The notes below the pieces were generated by a model that made no database searches, was not told where the DNA came from, and was given only the letters and a program-made list of their open reading frames with translations. 64,000 nucleotides of DNA from Basidiobolus meristosporus CBS 931.73 (lineage: Eukaryota; Fungi; Basidiobolomycota): positions 124,001-188,000 of the forward strand of contig MCFE01000019.1 in the NCBI GenBank assembly GCA_002104905.1, given 5' to 3'. Below, one piece after another: positions 1 through 10,968 of the stretch. Within the stretch, counting starts at the first letter, position 1. Every line of letters starts with the position of its first letter. The translations under genes were made by a program, and so were the position numbers.

Positions 1-1438
1 CAATTGGATGCAGATGGGTCTTCAAGACAAAATACAAGGCTGATGGTACAATTGAAAGATACAAAGCAAGACTTGTAGCCAAAGGATACTCTCAAACAAA
101 AGGACTTGACTATACTGAGACCTTTGCACTGGTAGCCAAGTTTAATTCCATCAGATTAATATTGGCTATTACAGCCAAATATAAGTTTTTTATTCATCAA
201 ATGGATGTAAAAGCTGCCTTTTTGAATGAGGAACTTGATGAGAACATGTATATGGACCAGCCTGATAGGTTTGTTGACCAAGATAACCCCCATTTGGTCT
301 GCAAGCTTAAAAAGTCACTATATGGTCTCAAACAATCATCAAGAGCCTGGAATTGCAAGATAGATTCTTATTTGGAATCCCTGAGTTTCAAAAGGAGTAA
401 TGCTGACTATAGTATATATTATAAGCCAGATAGAGCAAATCCAGTTCTATTAGCTCTATATGTGGATGATCTTATTATAGCTACCAATAACCTAGCAACA
501 TTGGAAGAGACTAAATCCAGCCTATCTAAAGAGTTTAAGATGTCTGATCTAGGAGAACTCAGTTACTACTTAGGGATTGTGTTCTCCATAGACAGAAGTA
601 CCCAGACTATCACCCTAAGCCAATCCAAGTATATTCACAATATACTAAAGAAGTACCAAATGGAAGACTGTAAACCAGCAGCTACCCCAATGGAGACAAA
701 CCTTAACTTGATCAAAACTCAACCAAATCAAGAGAGCTTGGTGCCATCTGAATGCCCTGACTTTCCTTATCAATCTATGATGGCAGTCTGATGTATATTA
801 TGCTTGGAACATGTCCAGATATCTCATATTCAGTGGGAGTTGTCAGCCAACATAATCAGAACTATGGATCTGATCATATTGCAGCAGTTAAGTGGATTTT
901 TAGATACCTAAAAGGAACTGCTGATATTGACTTAAGATACACTTATAATGATTCAGAACAGGATCTTGTGGGATACTCTGATGCTGATTGGGGACAAAAT
1001 TTGGAAGACAGAAGATCCACCACAGTATACACCTTTCTTTACTATAAAGGAGCAATTTCATGGAACTCAAGAAAGCAACCAACTGTAGCACTTTCTACCA
1101 CAGAGGCAGAGTACATGGCAGCCTGTGAAGCTACAAAAGAAGCAATGTGGCTAAGAAAGCTCTTTACAGATTTAGGCCTATGTCAAAAAATGCTCATTAA
1201 TTTATTTCAAGATAATCAAGGATGCATACAATTAGGTAGAAATCCAACCTTTCATGCTAGAACCAAGCACATAGATATTAGACATCATTTCATATGTGAA
1301 GCTATAGAGAATAACTTAGTTAGCTTAGTTTACTGTCCTACAGATGAAATGATTGCAGACATATTTACCAAACCATTAGCTAGAGACAAGTTTGAATATT
1401 TTAGGTCAAAATTAGGACTAGTAAGTATGAGCATTTAG
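1..1438 (+). mobile_element. Ty1/copia LTR retrotransposon pol remnant (reverse transcriptase + RNase H), frameshifted, 5' part outside window
   Basis: Frame from base 3 reads IGCRWVFKTK...ERYKARLVAKGYSQ, HQMDVKAAFLN, LKKSLYGLKQ, LYVDDL (RT), then GYSDADW, STTEAEY, RTKHIDIRHHF, ADIFTKPL (copia RNase H). A 1-bp loss near 780 (caa tct atg atg gca gtc tga instead of YQSMIGSLMY) splits it into ORFs 162-791 and 791-1438. Confidence 0.96.
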
Positions 1439-1440
1439 CT

Positions 1441-1449
1441 GAGTGGGAG
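1441..1449 (+). other. Polypurine tract of the plus-strand copia element
   Basis: GAGTGGGAG lies between the pol stop (1438) and the TGTTG start of the 3' LTR. Confidence 0.8.
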
Positions 1450-1798
1450 TGTTGTAAAAGTTTGTATTCCTACCTAAATATGCACCTAACTTAGTCACTT
1501 AGATCATCACCTTCAAATCCTAGAGAATACTGACCAAATTCCTTGTAAGGATTTACTTGGAATATTTTCACCAAAATACCAGGTACCCAGAGCATGAAAA
1601 TTCTCAGAGTTGTCCAAACAGCCCCAATCTTTGCACACATGCTCTTGGGACCTTCCTTAACCTATTCTATGTGTTTGTAATGCCAAGACCATGTAAAAGT
1701 ATAAATACTACTTTTACATTCAATAAATCATTAAGTGAAAACCACATAATCTACTTGTTCTCCCAATCACTTCCAATATCTCCAAGACTCTTACAACA
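1450..1798 (+). repeat. 3' LTR (349 bp) of the plus-strand copia element
   Basis: Starts TGTTGTAA and ends TTACAACA (8-bp terminal inverted repeat). Aligns end to end with the reverse complement of 2262-2610. Confidence 0.9.
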
Positions 1799-2257
1799 GT
1801 TGGTATGCCTACATATTGCATCCCATCCACCAGCAGGGTAATTCTGTTAATTAGATTTTCACTTATTCTCCTGACAGCATCTTTGTAGTGAAGAGTTTTT
1901 GTATAAGATACATTCACTTAGCTGCTGACATGGCTGAGAGGTGTCTTCTGATGCCTTCCAGGCATTCTTTACTGTTTTAGCTCTTGAGCATTGAATTAGC
2001 AATTTGTCTTTGACATTAAGGCAAATGTGGTTAAAGGAACTTTGTTCTTTCTTCTAGTACTTTAAGGCTTCCTCTCCCATGTATTTAGGAGGGCATTCTT
2101 CTCCCATGACAATATCCCAAAGGCCTCTTTCTTGTAGCAGTATCTTCATCTTCACCTTTGACACTTGGAAATTAGATCCATCCAACTTTTCAGCAGAGGG
2201 AGAAGTTCCAGTAATAGCGGTGGTAGACAATGCAGAGAGTGACAGCTTGGGGCTCAT
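1799..2257 (-). mobile_element. Copia gag N-terminal remnant of a second, minus-strand element, truncated at 1799 by the plus-strand element
   Basis: ATG at 2257 gives MSPKLSL...EKLDGSNFQVSKVKMKILLQERGLWDIV (copia gag N-terminus). After stops/frameshifts it continues KTVKECLEGIRRH and ISENLINRITLLVDGMQYVGIP (gag UBN2-like), ending exactly at the LTR terminus at 1798. Confidence 0.85.
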
Positions 2258-2261
2258 AACC
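2250..2261 (-). other. Primer-binding site of the minus-strand copia element
   Basis: GGTTATGAGCCC immediately follows the LTR end. This is the PBS type known from Drosophila copia and fungal copia elements (internal fragment of initiator tRNA-Met). Confidence 0.85.
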
Positions 2262-2610
2262 TGTTGTAAGAGTCTTGAAGATATTGGAAGTGATTGGGAG
2301 AACAAGTAGATTATGTGGTTTTCACTTAATGATTTGCTGAATGAAAAAGTAGTATTTATACTTGTACATGGCCTTGACATAGCAAACACATAGAACAGGC
2401 TTAGGAGGGTCCCAAGAGCATGTGTGCAGAGCTTGGGTCTGTTTGAATAACTTAATTAATTTCATATTCTGAGTACCGGATATTTTGGTGAAAATATTCC
2501 AAGTATATTGCAACAAGGAATCTGGATCAGTATTCTCTAGGATTTGAAGGTAATGATTTAAGTGACTAAGTTAGGTAAATATTTAGGTGGAATTACAAAT
2601 TTTTATGACA
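2262..2610 (-). repeat. 5' LTR (349 bp) of the minus-strand copia element
   Basis: Reverse complement runs TGTCATAAAA...GACTCTTACAACA. Same length as, and clearly homologous to, 1450-1798. Followed directly by PBS and gag. Confidence 0.9.
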
Positions 2611-2642
2611 TGGTCTGGCATCCAGAATTGTCACAAACACCA

Positions 2643-2839
2643 TATTCTTTATATTTATTTGGCCAAGATCATGTAAAAGGATAAATACTACTTTTACATT
2701 CAGCAAATCATTGAGTGAAAACCACATAATCTACTTGTTCTCCCAATCACTTCCAATATTTCCAAGACTCTTACAACAAAAACCGCATAATGTACCTGTT
2801 CTCCCAATCACCTCCAATACCCCCTAAGCGCTTACAACA
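2643..2839 (+). repeat. Two tandem 3'-terminal LTR fragments (ending 2778 and 2839)
   Basis: 2661-2778 matches LTR 1681-1798 (CCAAGA.CATGTAAAAG...GACTCTTACAACA). 2779-2839 is a more diverged second copy of the last ~60 bp (AAAACCGCATAAT...GCGCTTACAACA). Confidence 0.8.
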
Positions 2840-3013
2840 TGGCCAACATTGAGATTTTTCATATTCAGGATACCTGGTATTTTGGTAAAATACTCCAAGT
2901 AAATCATAACAAGAGATTAGAGTAGAACACTCCAAGCCTTGTAGGCTATGATCAAATTAACTAAGCCAAGTTAAAATTTAGGTGTAATTACAAAACTCAC
3001 AACACTCCCGCTC
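2840..3013 (-). repeat. Truncated related LTR (2840-3004) with its PPT (3005-3013)
   Basis: Minus strand reads TAG TT GAGCGGGAG TGTTGTGAG..., paralleling TAG CT GAGTGGGAG TGTTGTAAA at 1436-1458. TTCATATTC...TATTTTGGT.AAATA.TCCAAGTA is shared with 2461-2505. Confidence 0.75.
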
Positions 3014-3874
3014 AACTAATAAAATAATTTGTTTTTTGTCTATAATTTCAATAGAAGTAATCTGTTGGGTGGTAAAGTGTAAAATTACACGTCACAGATG
3101 TTCAAAAGTTTTTCTAAATCCGTGATGGTACAATGGGAACGGTAGATGTGGGATATTATTTACAATGGTATTGGTGCATATATTATGTTATTGAGATCGG
3201 TCCCAAGTAGAAAAAGATCATCAAATCTTATGTTATGCGTATTATGGAACAATTTTGTTCTATATTGTTATGATTTATTTGAACGGATGGATTAATTTAG
3301 ATACCTGTCAAAGGTAAGTGTAAGTGAGGAATAAACACTGGCAAGAAGCCATCAAGCCCAACCTGAGTATGATTACTACAATGCTTCACTGTGAAACAAA
3401 TTTCACATCAAAATATTGCTTGATAAAGATGTCACAATGCTATATAGCAAGAGTAAAGTTGACAAGCTATTGTAGTGGATGTTTTGCCTTGAAGAGGGCG
3501 TGAGCACCACTATATGCCATGGGAATTGCTTTTTATAGCTCAGCACCAAGCAAGTCGATGTTGACGGGGCTCATTCAACGCTGGATTCCACAAGCTTGAT
3601 GAATGGCATTTGAATCGACGGTAGAGCTGGGAAATTTCTCCAATGGGTCAACTAATCTGTGCTTACTACGGAAGCCATTTGAATTGCACCCTACCCCAAT
3701 ATCGATCCCCCCCCCCCCGATAGTGGCTGCAATCAGGTGGGGTGGAATTGCCATTCTAGCATCTCGCACATGTTTAAAAAATTTGTATATATCACATCTG
3801 CACGCCTGACGTTTCTCCGAACAATTAAGCTAAGCCAGCTCTTCCTTTCCTATCCTACCCAAGTGTCCCAAGAC

Positions 3875-4886
3875 ATGCTTCTCAACTCGGTAGGACGTAG
3901 GCTCTTGTTATCCACAAGGAGACCTTTTCAGCCCAGTGCCACCTTCACTTCTACCTTTTCAGTTGCTGCCAAGCGCTTCCAGCTGCAGCAAAGTTCAAGC
4001 TATGTTACGGCCGTAAGTTCCAAGAAATCCAACCCTTTGAAGACCGGCTTTATGATCATGCTCCCGATCACTTGTTTCTTCCTGGGTACTTGGCAAGTGC
4101 AGCGTTTACGCTGGAAGGTGGATTTGATTGAGGAGATGGAATCCCGGTTGAGCAAGGATCCCGTACCATTACCGAAGAAAATGAGGTAAGGAAGGAGTGG
4201 TGTGCTTTTTACTGGGGCCCAGTGGGTAATGTGATTTTGTTGCAAGGGAGGAAACGTACAACAGGCTTGAATACTGTCAGGTTTTGGTTTATGGCCACTA
4301 CCTACACGATCAAGAAATGTTAGTTGGGCCGAGAACTCGCGGAGATGGAGTTCCGGGGTATTTCATCGTGACCCCGTTCGTCCGTGAAAACGGCCAAAAG
4401 ATCTTGGTAAAACGTGGCTGGGTCAGCAAGGATATGAAAGAGCTGCGAAACCGACCCGAGTCCAAAGTATATACTCCCTTACTAGTTGAACAATAGGTCA
4501 CTGTCTCTAATCAGGGACTCCCGCTTTTGTAGGTCGAAGGGGACATTGCGATTCGGGGCTGGGTCCGTAAGAGTGAACGCCCTAACACCTTCACCCCAGA
4601 CAACCATCCGGAGCGTGGGGAATGGTACGTTGCTGATGTGGAGAAGATGTCAGAAATTAGCGGAGCTGAACCCATCCTTGTGGAGTTGCTTGACGACTCG
4701 CCGGTTCATCAACAAGCCAGTTTGATCGACAAAGGCATACCCGTTGGAAGGCAGCCTACCATCGATCTACGAAACAACCATATGCAATACATCATTACCT
4801 GGTATTCTCTTGGCGTCGCCACTACCATTATGCTCTACACCCTGTTGCGCAAGCCACCCAAGATGAAGGTCAAAAGATTTGCTTAG
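3875..4886 (+). CDS. SHY1: SURF1/Shy1 cytochrome c oxidase assembly factor (at least 2 introns)
   Basis: Mitochondrial-type leader, then FFLGTWQVQRLRWK, GPRTR, YFIVTPF, ILVKRGWV and C-terminal NNHMQYIITWYSL, all SURF1 hallmarks. Confidence 0.92.
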
Positions 4887-5199
4887 AGCCTTGGATTCCC
4901 CTATCAAACACGCTTCCAATCTGGCCTGTGTCCAAGCATCTTCTGGTGCTTAGCCTCAACTAGTCTTTACATCAAGCCACACGAATATCTTGTAATTAAG
5001 TCACCAACGCTTCAATGAACTTCATTTTGCCACCAGTCTTATAGGAAAAAATCACCAAGTTTACAAATGATTAGAAAGCCCCTGTGAATAGAACATGAGG
5101 GCAAAGGAAATGACGGGTGCCTAATAAATGGAAATTCATGATGGGAATCATCGTTAAGTCATCAACGCCAAGTCAATCCAAGTCCGCCTCCCATCCTCT

Positions 5200-7766
5200 C
5201 TAGTACGGGGAGTTTACTATACCGGACCTGGACTGAAGCTTGCGGGTAGGCGTTTGCAGAGCCCTCACCGGCGACTTCAATGTCTTCTTCTTCACCATCG
5301 TCACGTCTTGTGGGAGTGCGACTACAATATTGCGGTCTTCGCCGAACTTGAAATTGTCGGCAACGACTGTGTCGGTGTAGCGCTTGATCTGATAATCGTC
5401 CAGTCTGCCCTGCTTTACTCTACGGAAATTCCAGGTAATAACATACGGTCCAGTACTGGTAACTATAGTTCGCTCATCCTCGGCTTCACTGGTGTTGAAC
5501 TTGGCCGGGGTGAACGCGACAGGCTCATTCATGTAGGCTACGTGCTCGGGCTTAAGTTGCAGCCGCTTGGGAGCGGGCTTTTCATTTTTTTGGAAGCTTT
5601 TGTCGAAGCCGGTGGTGGGCGTGGCTGCTGACTTGATCATGGTATCGATCAGTAAGAGGTAGGTTTTACATGTGGCGACAATGAATCGCCCGCTAGCAGT
5701 TACATCGATTCCAAGGATAGGATCCCCGAGTGGCGGAAGTGCAGTTTTTGCGTTGATGCCTAGCTTGTTGAACAACCGTATATCTCCCTTGTTGCTAGCA
5801 ACCGCAATCTGACCGTTTTCAGTGGTGGCGGCGCAGCTGAAGTCATTCTTTGTAACGTACTGCTTCAGCTGCGTATCAACAATCTTGTAATGTGGCAGGC
5901 GTGGGTCCACTCTGTAAACCGCATTGTGACTCATACCAACCAAGGTCTTATGCGGCGTCAGTTGGGCGAATTTGGTATCGGGCATAAAGTTACTGCATTC
6001 GATGTACTCGTGGACTGGCCACTCTTCCACCACCTTGCCATACTCCAGGTCCATCTTGTAAAGAGAATGACTGTCCTTTGGGTTCAATAAAACCATGGAA
6101 GAGTCTTCTTCGTGCAGCATCACCTTCGAGGGGGCAAACATCTTTCCGTTTGGTGTAGAAACATTGTTGATAGTGGTCGAGAACTCGAGTTGATCGTCAC
6201 CAGTGTGCTTGAAAACCCCGATTTTGTTGCCTCGAACAACAAAAGAGCGGTCATGCTTGCAGCCAACGGCAAGCTGGCTATTGGATTCAGCGGATTTGTT
6301 AGATGGAACAAATTTAACTGCTGACTCTTCCTCCTCCTCGTCGTCGTCGTCGCCATCGTCCTCAGAACGATCGCTCTCTTGCTCCGATTCAGAAAAAGCA
6401 TCGACCATCTCGGTATCTTCTTGGTACGCTTCGGTGATGTATTTTTGATCATCACTTTTAACTCTGCTGAAACTTTGGCGGTTTAAGGTTTCGTACATGC
6501 ATCTACTGAAGGACTCAATAAATGTCTGCTCCTCGTGTGTGTCGATGAATTTCAACGACCAGGAGTACACCGAACCATTGTTGTCGGTGAAGCACCATAT
6601 GAAAGAGTGATGTTCATTGCTGAAAACGGGATTCATGTCTGATCCGACTGGCTGAGAGATGTAAGGTCTTCCATCGCTTTGAATACTAAGCCAGTCTAAT
6701 GGATATATGTTATGATACTAACAACTTGATGGGCACTTCACGTCAGTCACTTACACTCATACTGATTGACCTCTATCAGATTAACAAACGCCTCGGAAGC
6801 TTCCAGGAGAAAGGTGTTGTGGCTGATGCTGAACAGATACAAATCACCTTTTACCAGAGCGATGCTATTTCCCTCGGGTGTTGATACCTGCGTAGGCACT
6901 TTCGTCTGGCTAATTTGACGCACTGGAGTGGATGGTGCAGACGTCTCCTGTGGAGAGGGAGATAGATCGGCCGTCACGCTTGCCTCGGGGCTGGAGCCAT
7001 TTTGAAGTGCGTGAGTATAAACAAGAAATCCCGCTACCTTGCATGCTACCATGCTCACTTACTCATAAATAAATTCTTTCAAGTCCTCATCCCTAGCGTC
7101 GGTGTGGGGCTTTCTGTATTTACGCTCATACATGCACTGGAGCATGGTCAGCTGGAAAGCCTCCAAGTCATCCGGATCCGTGCCAACCTCGGCAACAAAC
7201 TCGAAGTACTGATTCTCCTAGAGAACCGTGCGCCAATGAGATTGAGATCAGGGCCACAAAATTCAACACCAACTTACATCTTCCAAATTTGACCACCAAA
7301 ATGAAGGCGAGCCCTCATATTCTGTGTGGAAAAAATGCAGCTGTTGGTCTATCAGAAAAACAAACTCCTCCTCGTCTAAATCCATCACATAAGAACCGGA
7401 CGAGACGGATTACTTAATATAGGCAAGATAACAGAAGCAACCTGTAAATGGAAGGTTTACCTAAGTTCCCTTCCTCAAGCTCCTCTTCACCTTCCTCGTA
7501 GACTCGAGAAATTACCAGCTGGTACTGAAACTCCGCCCCAGCACGCCGAATTGCAGCCTGTGAATCTTTGAAACTGGTAACCAAGCAGAGACGTTAGCAA
7601 ATCGGTGGCAACAGGTACAAGGAAGGTTAGAAAGTTACAGGCACTCCCGAGGACTTTTACGTGAATTCGGCCGAAGCCAATATAATTGCCCAGATGGAAG
7701 AATGCCCAAGTCCGAGCTGCTGGAGTTCTTTGAAAGCATCTTGCCAAGTGAGTTGAAGAGGAACAT
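5200..7766 (-). CDS. VID27: Vid27 family protein (PH-like domains + C-terminal beta-propeller), multi-exon
   Basis: Exons read MFLFNSLGKM...LPSGQLYWLRP, FKDSQAAIRRAGAEFQYQLVISRVYEEGEEEL, QCMYERKY, then ORF 5200-6636 with SQLAVGCKHDRSFVVRGNKIGVFK and KTALPPLGDPILGIDVT. Confidence 0.88.
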
Positions 7767-8398
7767 TTCCAGCCTGTTACGTAGGAACTACCAATTTTTG
7801 ACCACACAACTGTTGAAATGTGTTAAGGGCCCTCCCTCACGTGATAGTGGCATGTTTATTTTCTATGATCCATGTAGAATTGACCCCACCATGTATGAGG
7901 CTACGAGTATTCAATATCCGAAACGGCATTTATGCACATCATCCACGTCCATCATTGCAGTACGTGTTCAAGAAAGTTACGTTGACTCCACATACTCGCA
8001 ACTTCGTTCACCAGCCAACCACAACCTAGGCCCACTACCCACACAACAGACCAATAATTTACGAACCATTTAATGTAGCGTACAAGTACAAAGTAGCCCA
8101 TTCACAAAAACCAAGCTCACTGATGATTTGGGATTTGATGGCGACTGATCAGCTATGGCAGATACATCGCACTGAAATGGAATCGTGGAAATGATATGGT
8201 TTGGTACATACAATGAGCAAGGCTCAAGCTAGAAACAAAAGAATAGACAGTGTTAATAGTAGCAATGGTCGGTCATGAAATTATCGTACAACATTGAAAT
8301 GTCTGAATGTAGAAGGGGATTAGACATCTCGGTCCAGAATACTAGGCTCTGGTGATTAAAGGTATTAACAAGGGTAAAGGTACAGTACAATAGCTCGA

Positions 8399-8949
8399 TT
8401 AAATTAAGTACAATTCGGATTTGTGCTGTTCCAAAAAGGACTGGATTTCCTGGTCATTCACCCAAACCCTATAGTCCAGCAACTTCAGAAACTCCTCCTC
8501 CATTCTGCCGACCTCAGTTGGGCTGAACACCCCGGATGCCTCGGCCATGGCCTTGTTCTTTAATCCCTCTGGGCCATAGAGGTATTTGGATGCGACGAGA
8601 ATGCTGGCTAGAAATATCCTGTGGGATGTTCCATACTCGCCTTGGGCTTTGGCCGGGAGTCTTGCTTTCAGTCGATACAAATAAATCAGAGCGATTACTC
8701 CCGTACATGCGCTGATGCGTGAACGTTCGGCCACGCGAGTGACAAAAAGCAAGAGCTCTGGCATTTGGGTTTGACGGAGAGGTCGCTGCTTGCAATTCAA
8801 AATTCCGCATAAGAACTCTGTGGTAAAATCTGGGATTTCATTAGAACGGGCTCTTGCGCGGCATCAAAGGGTTTCAACTTACTTATGAGTGGATCAGGAA
8901 GAGGCTCATATTCGGCAATTTGTTGGGAAGAGAGGACTGTGCAAGACAT
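8399..8949 (-). CDS. Pho85-type (Pcl1/2-like) cyclin, one intron (~8834-8882)
   Basis: Cyclin box: ALIYLYRLKARLP...HRIFLASILVASKY...VGRMEEEFLKLLDYR. An upstream exon MSCTVLSSQQ...PLI joins in frame via a GTAAGT donor. Confidence 0.85.
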
Positions 8950-10968
8950 ACCGAATGCAGGGTTGGGCAACGACGTAGGACGAGTCTCGAAGAAGGGATA
9001 TCAATCGCTGGAATGGGGAGGGACGGCCTTCTTCAAGATCCGCTGAGGTGAAGACGTGAACGGGTTTTTGGTGCTGGGCGGGCCCTAACAGGTATTTTAT
9101 AACTGCTGGGAGGAATCACGAGGCCCGCGTTTTTTTTCATGTTTTTATTTTAATAATGAGGCACAAAGCTGGTAAGTACAGTCTCCGTTCTATCTATTTT
9201 GATGATCTGCTGACCAATTTTGGTATCATATGAGGACTAGATTAGTTTAAGATGTTGGGATTAGAAATTGGGGAGTGGCCTTAATTTCCATGCCGCCTTG
9301 ATTCCATTATTTATTTGAACCGGCTGGCTATTGTAGCCGATTCAAGTGTGGAACAGGTTTATATGTGGAAGTGGCAATTATTGGGATTTGGCACACATCA
9401 CCACCCCTTGTTTCCAAGTTGGCTTGAATATACAGTATCATTAGTGAGCTATCACGTAGATATATCCATCCAATTCGGATCAACTGTATTGATCTCCGCG
9501 CACTTAACTCCGACGTATACCCAAGTGTTTCTTAAGGTATTAAGAATAGGACATTAGAATTCTTTCGGCATATGAGACTACCCAGTAAAGAAGCAGCATT
9601 ACAAAGCCATATTCATCCGATTTATCACACGATCCAAGTGCCGTGATTCGTCGATAATCATCATGTTTATCAGGTATTCGCTGATAACCCTATAGATGGC
9701 ATCCATTGACTCTGATTGTTGTCAATGACCGATGAGTTGGGATGCCACTTACTCTCAAGGTGAATAATTCACGTGGAAATGGAACTCAGGTAGTTCCATT
9801 TCGTCGAAGCTTTCCCTGGGAGTTACTATTTTTACCACGCCTAACTCTACAGGTCGTACGAAGACCACCTGTGACGTGTGATCTGGCCATAGTTGTAACT
9901 TGTGCACAATAGCTGCAGGTGGGAGGAATTCGAGTCCCAACCAAGGAAAATTACTCGAGATAGGAAAGGTTGACCCGTACATTGGTTCATGTATATGTGT
10001 GCAAATGGAGTGAGATCGTAGGTATGGTAATCCACTAGCACCTGGGGCTACGCAGGTTTTTCACGACTGCGTAGATGTGTTGAGTGCTAGCACCCTTGGA
10101 TTAGTTTCGTAGCAACTCCGCTAAAAATAGATTTCTCCTAGGGCATTGGATGGGTCACGCGGAATACGGCCTATTTTAACGCATTCCAGTAGCGCTTCTC
10201 ACAATCGTTTAATGAAAACAGATACGAATGTATCCGAGGAATCGTTGGGCTTCATATGGGGTTAGGGTCAAGCGCATTGTGGATCATTTAAAATAACTAT
10301 CTGCTGAACAATTGGTGAGTCGACCCATCCACTGCAGCTAAGGTGATAATTCGCGTGATCCTGGTTTCTGTATTACTGATGCGGCTGAACAATTCGGATG
10401 AATCTGGTTTGTACATCATTTACCGGAGGCCGCTGACTCTCACCGTCAGCCAAGCCGTGTCCCTTGAATCCCAGTTCAGTGCGGTTTAAGGCTACATCGA
10501 AGCAATTAATCATGTTTTGACAAGGGCATCAAGTTTCCTCTGATAAAGATCTATGCTAGTGTGATTGTGATCCATCTTCAGCCTGGGTTCGAAATTAGGA
10601 TTGTATGGCCAAGTAGCTCGTTTTCAAGTCAGCTGCATCGCTATACAATACACAAACACCATTCAAGAAGTCTAGCCCAGAATTGTGTACCACCTCAAGG
10701 GAGCCTACAGCCACTAGAAGGAGCCGCGGTGCTTCCTTATCTGGATCCGGTGTCCTGTACTGGAATTCCTGGTGGTACAAGCTCTCTATTTACATTGGAC
10801 GCTCGGAGATTAACTTGAAACCAACTTTTTCGTGGAAGTGCAATACAAAACTTTAAAATTAGGTTTGTGAAAATTGATATATAAAATTCATATTCGCCTC
10901 GGCTGGCGAGTTTGGCCCCAACCTCTTCGAGCATAGCAAGCTGCTGAGGGATATCGATTTGTTTTCAG

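Noticed and set aside
1557-1841. 94-aa plus ORF and similar ORFs at 2054-2389 and 2322-2516
   Set aside because: They run through LTR sequence; only the gag-like part of 2054-2257 is meaningful.
3707-3718. C12 homopolymer upstream of SHY1
   Set aside because: A single homopolymer of unreliable length, with no supporting structure.
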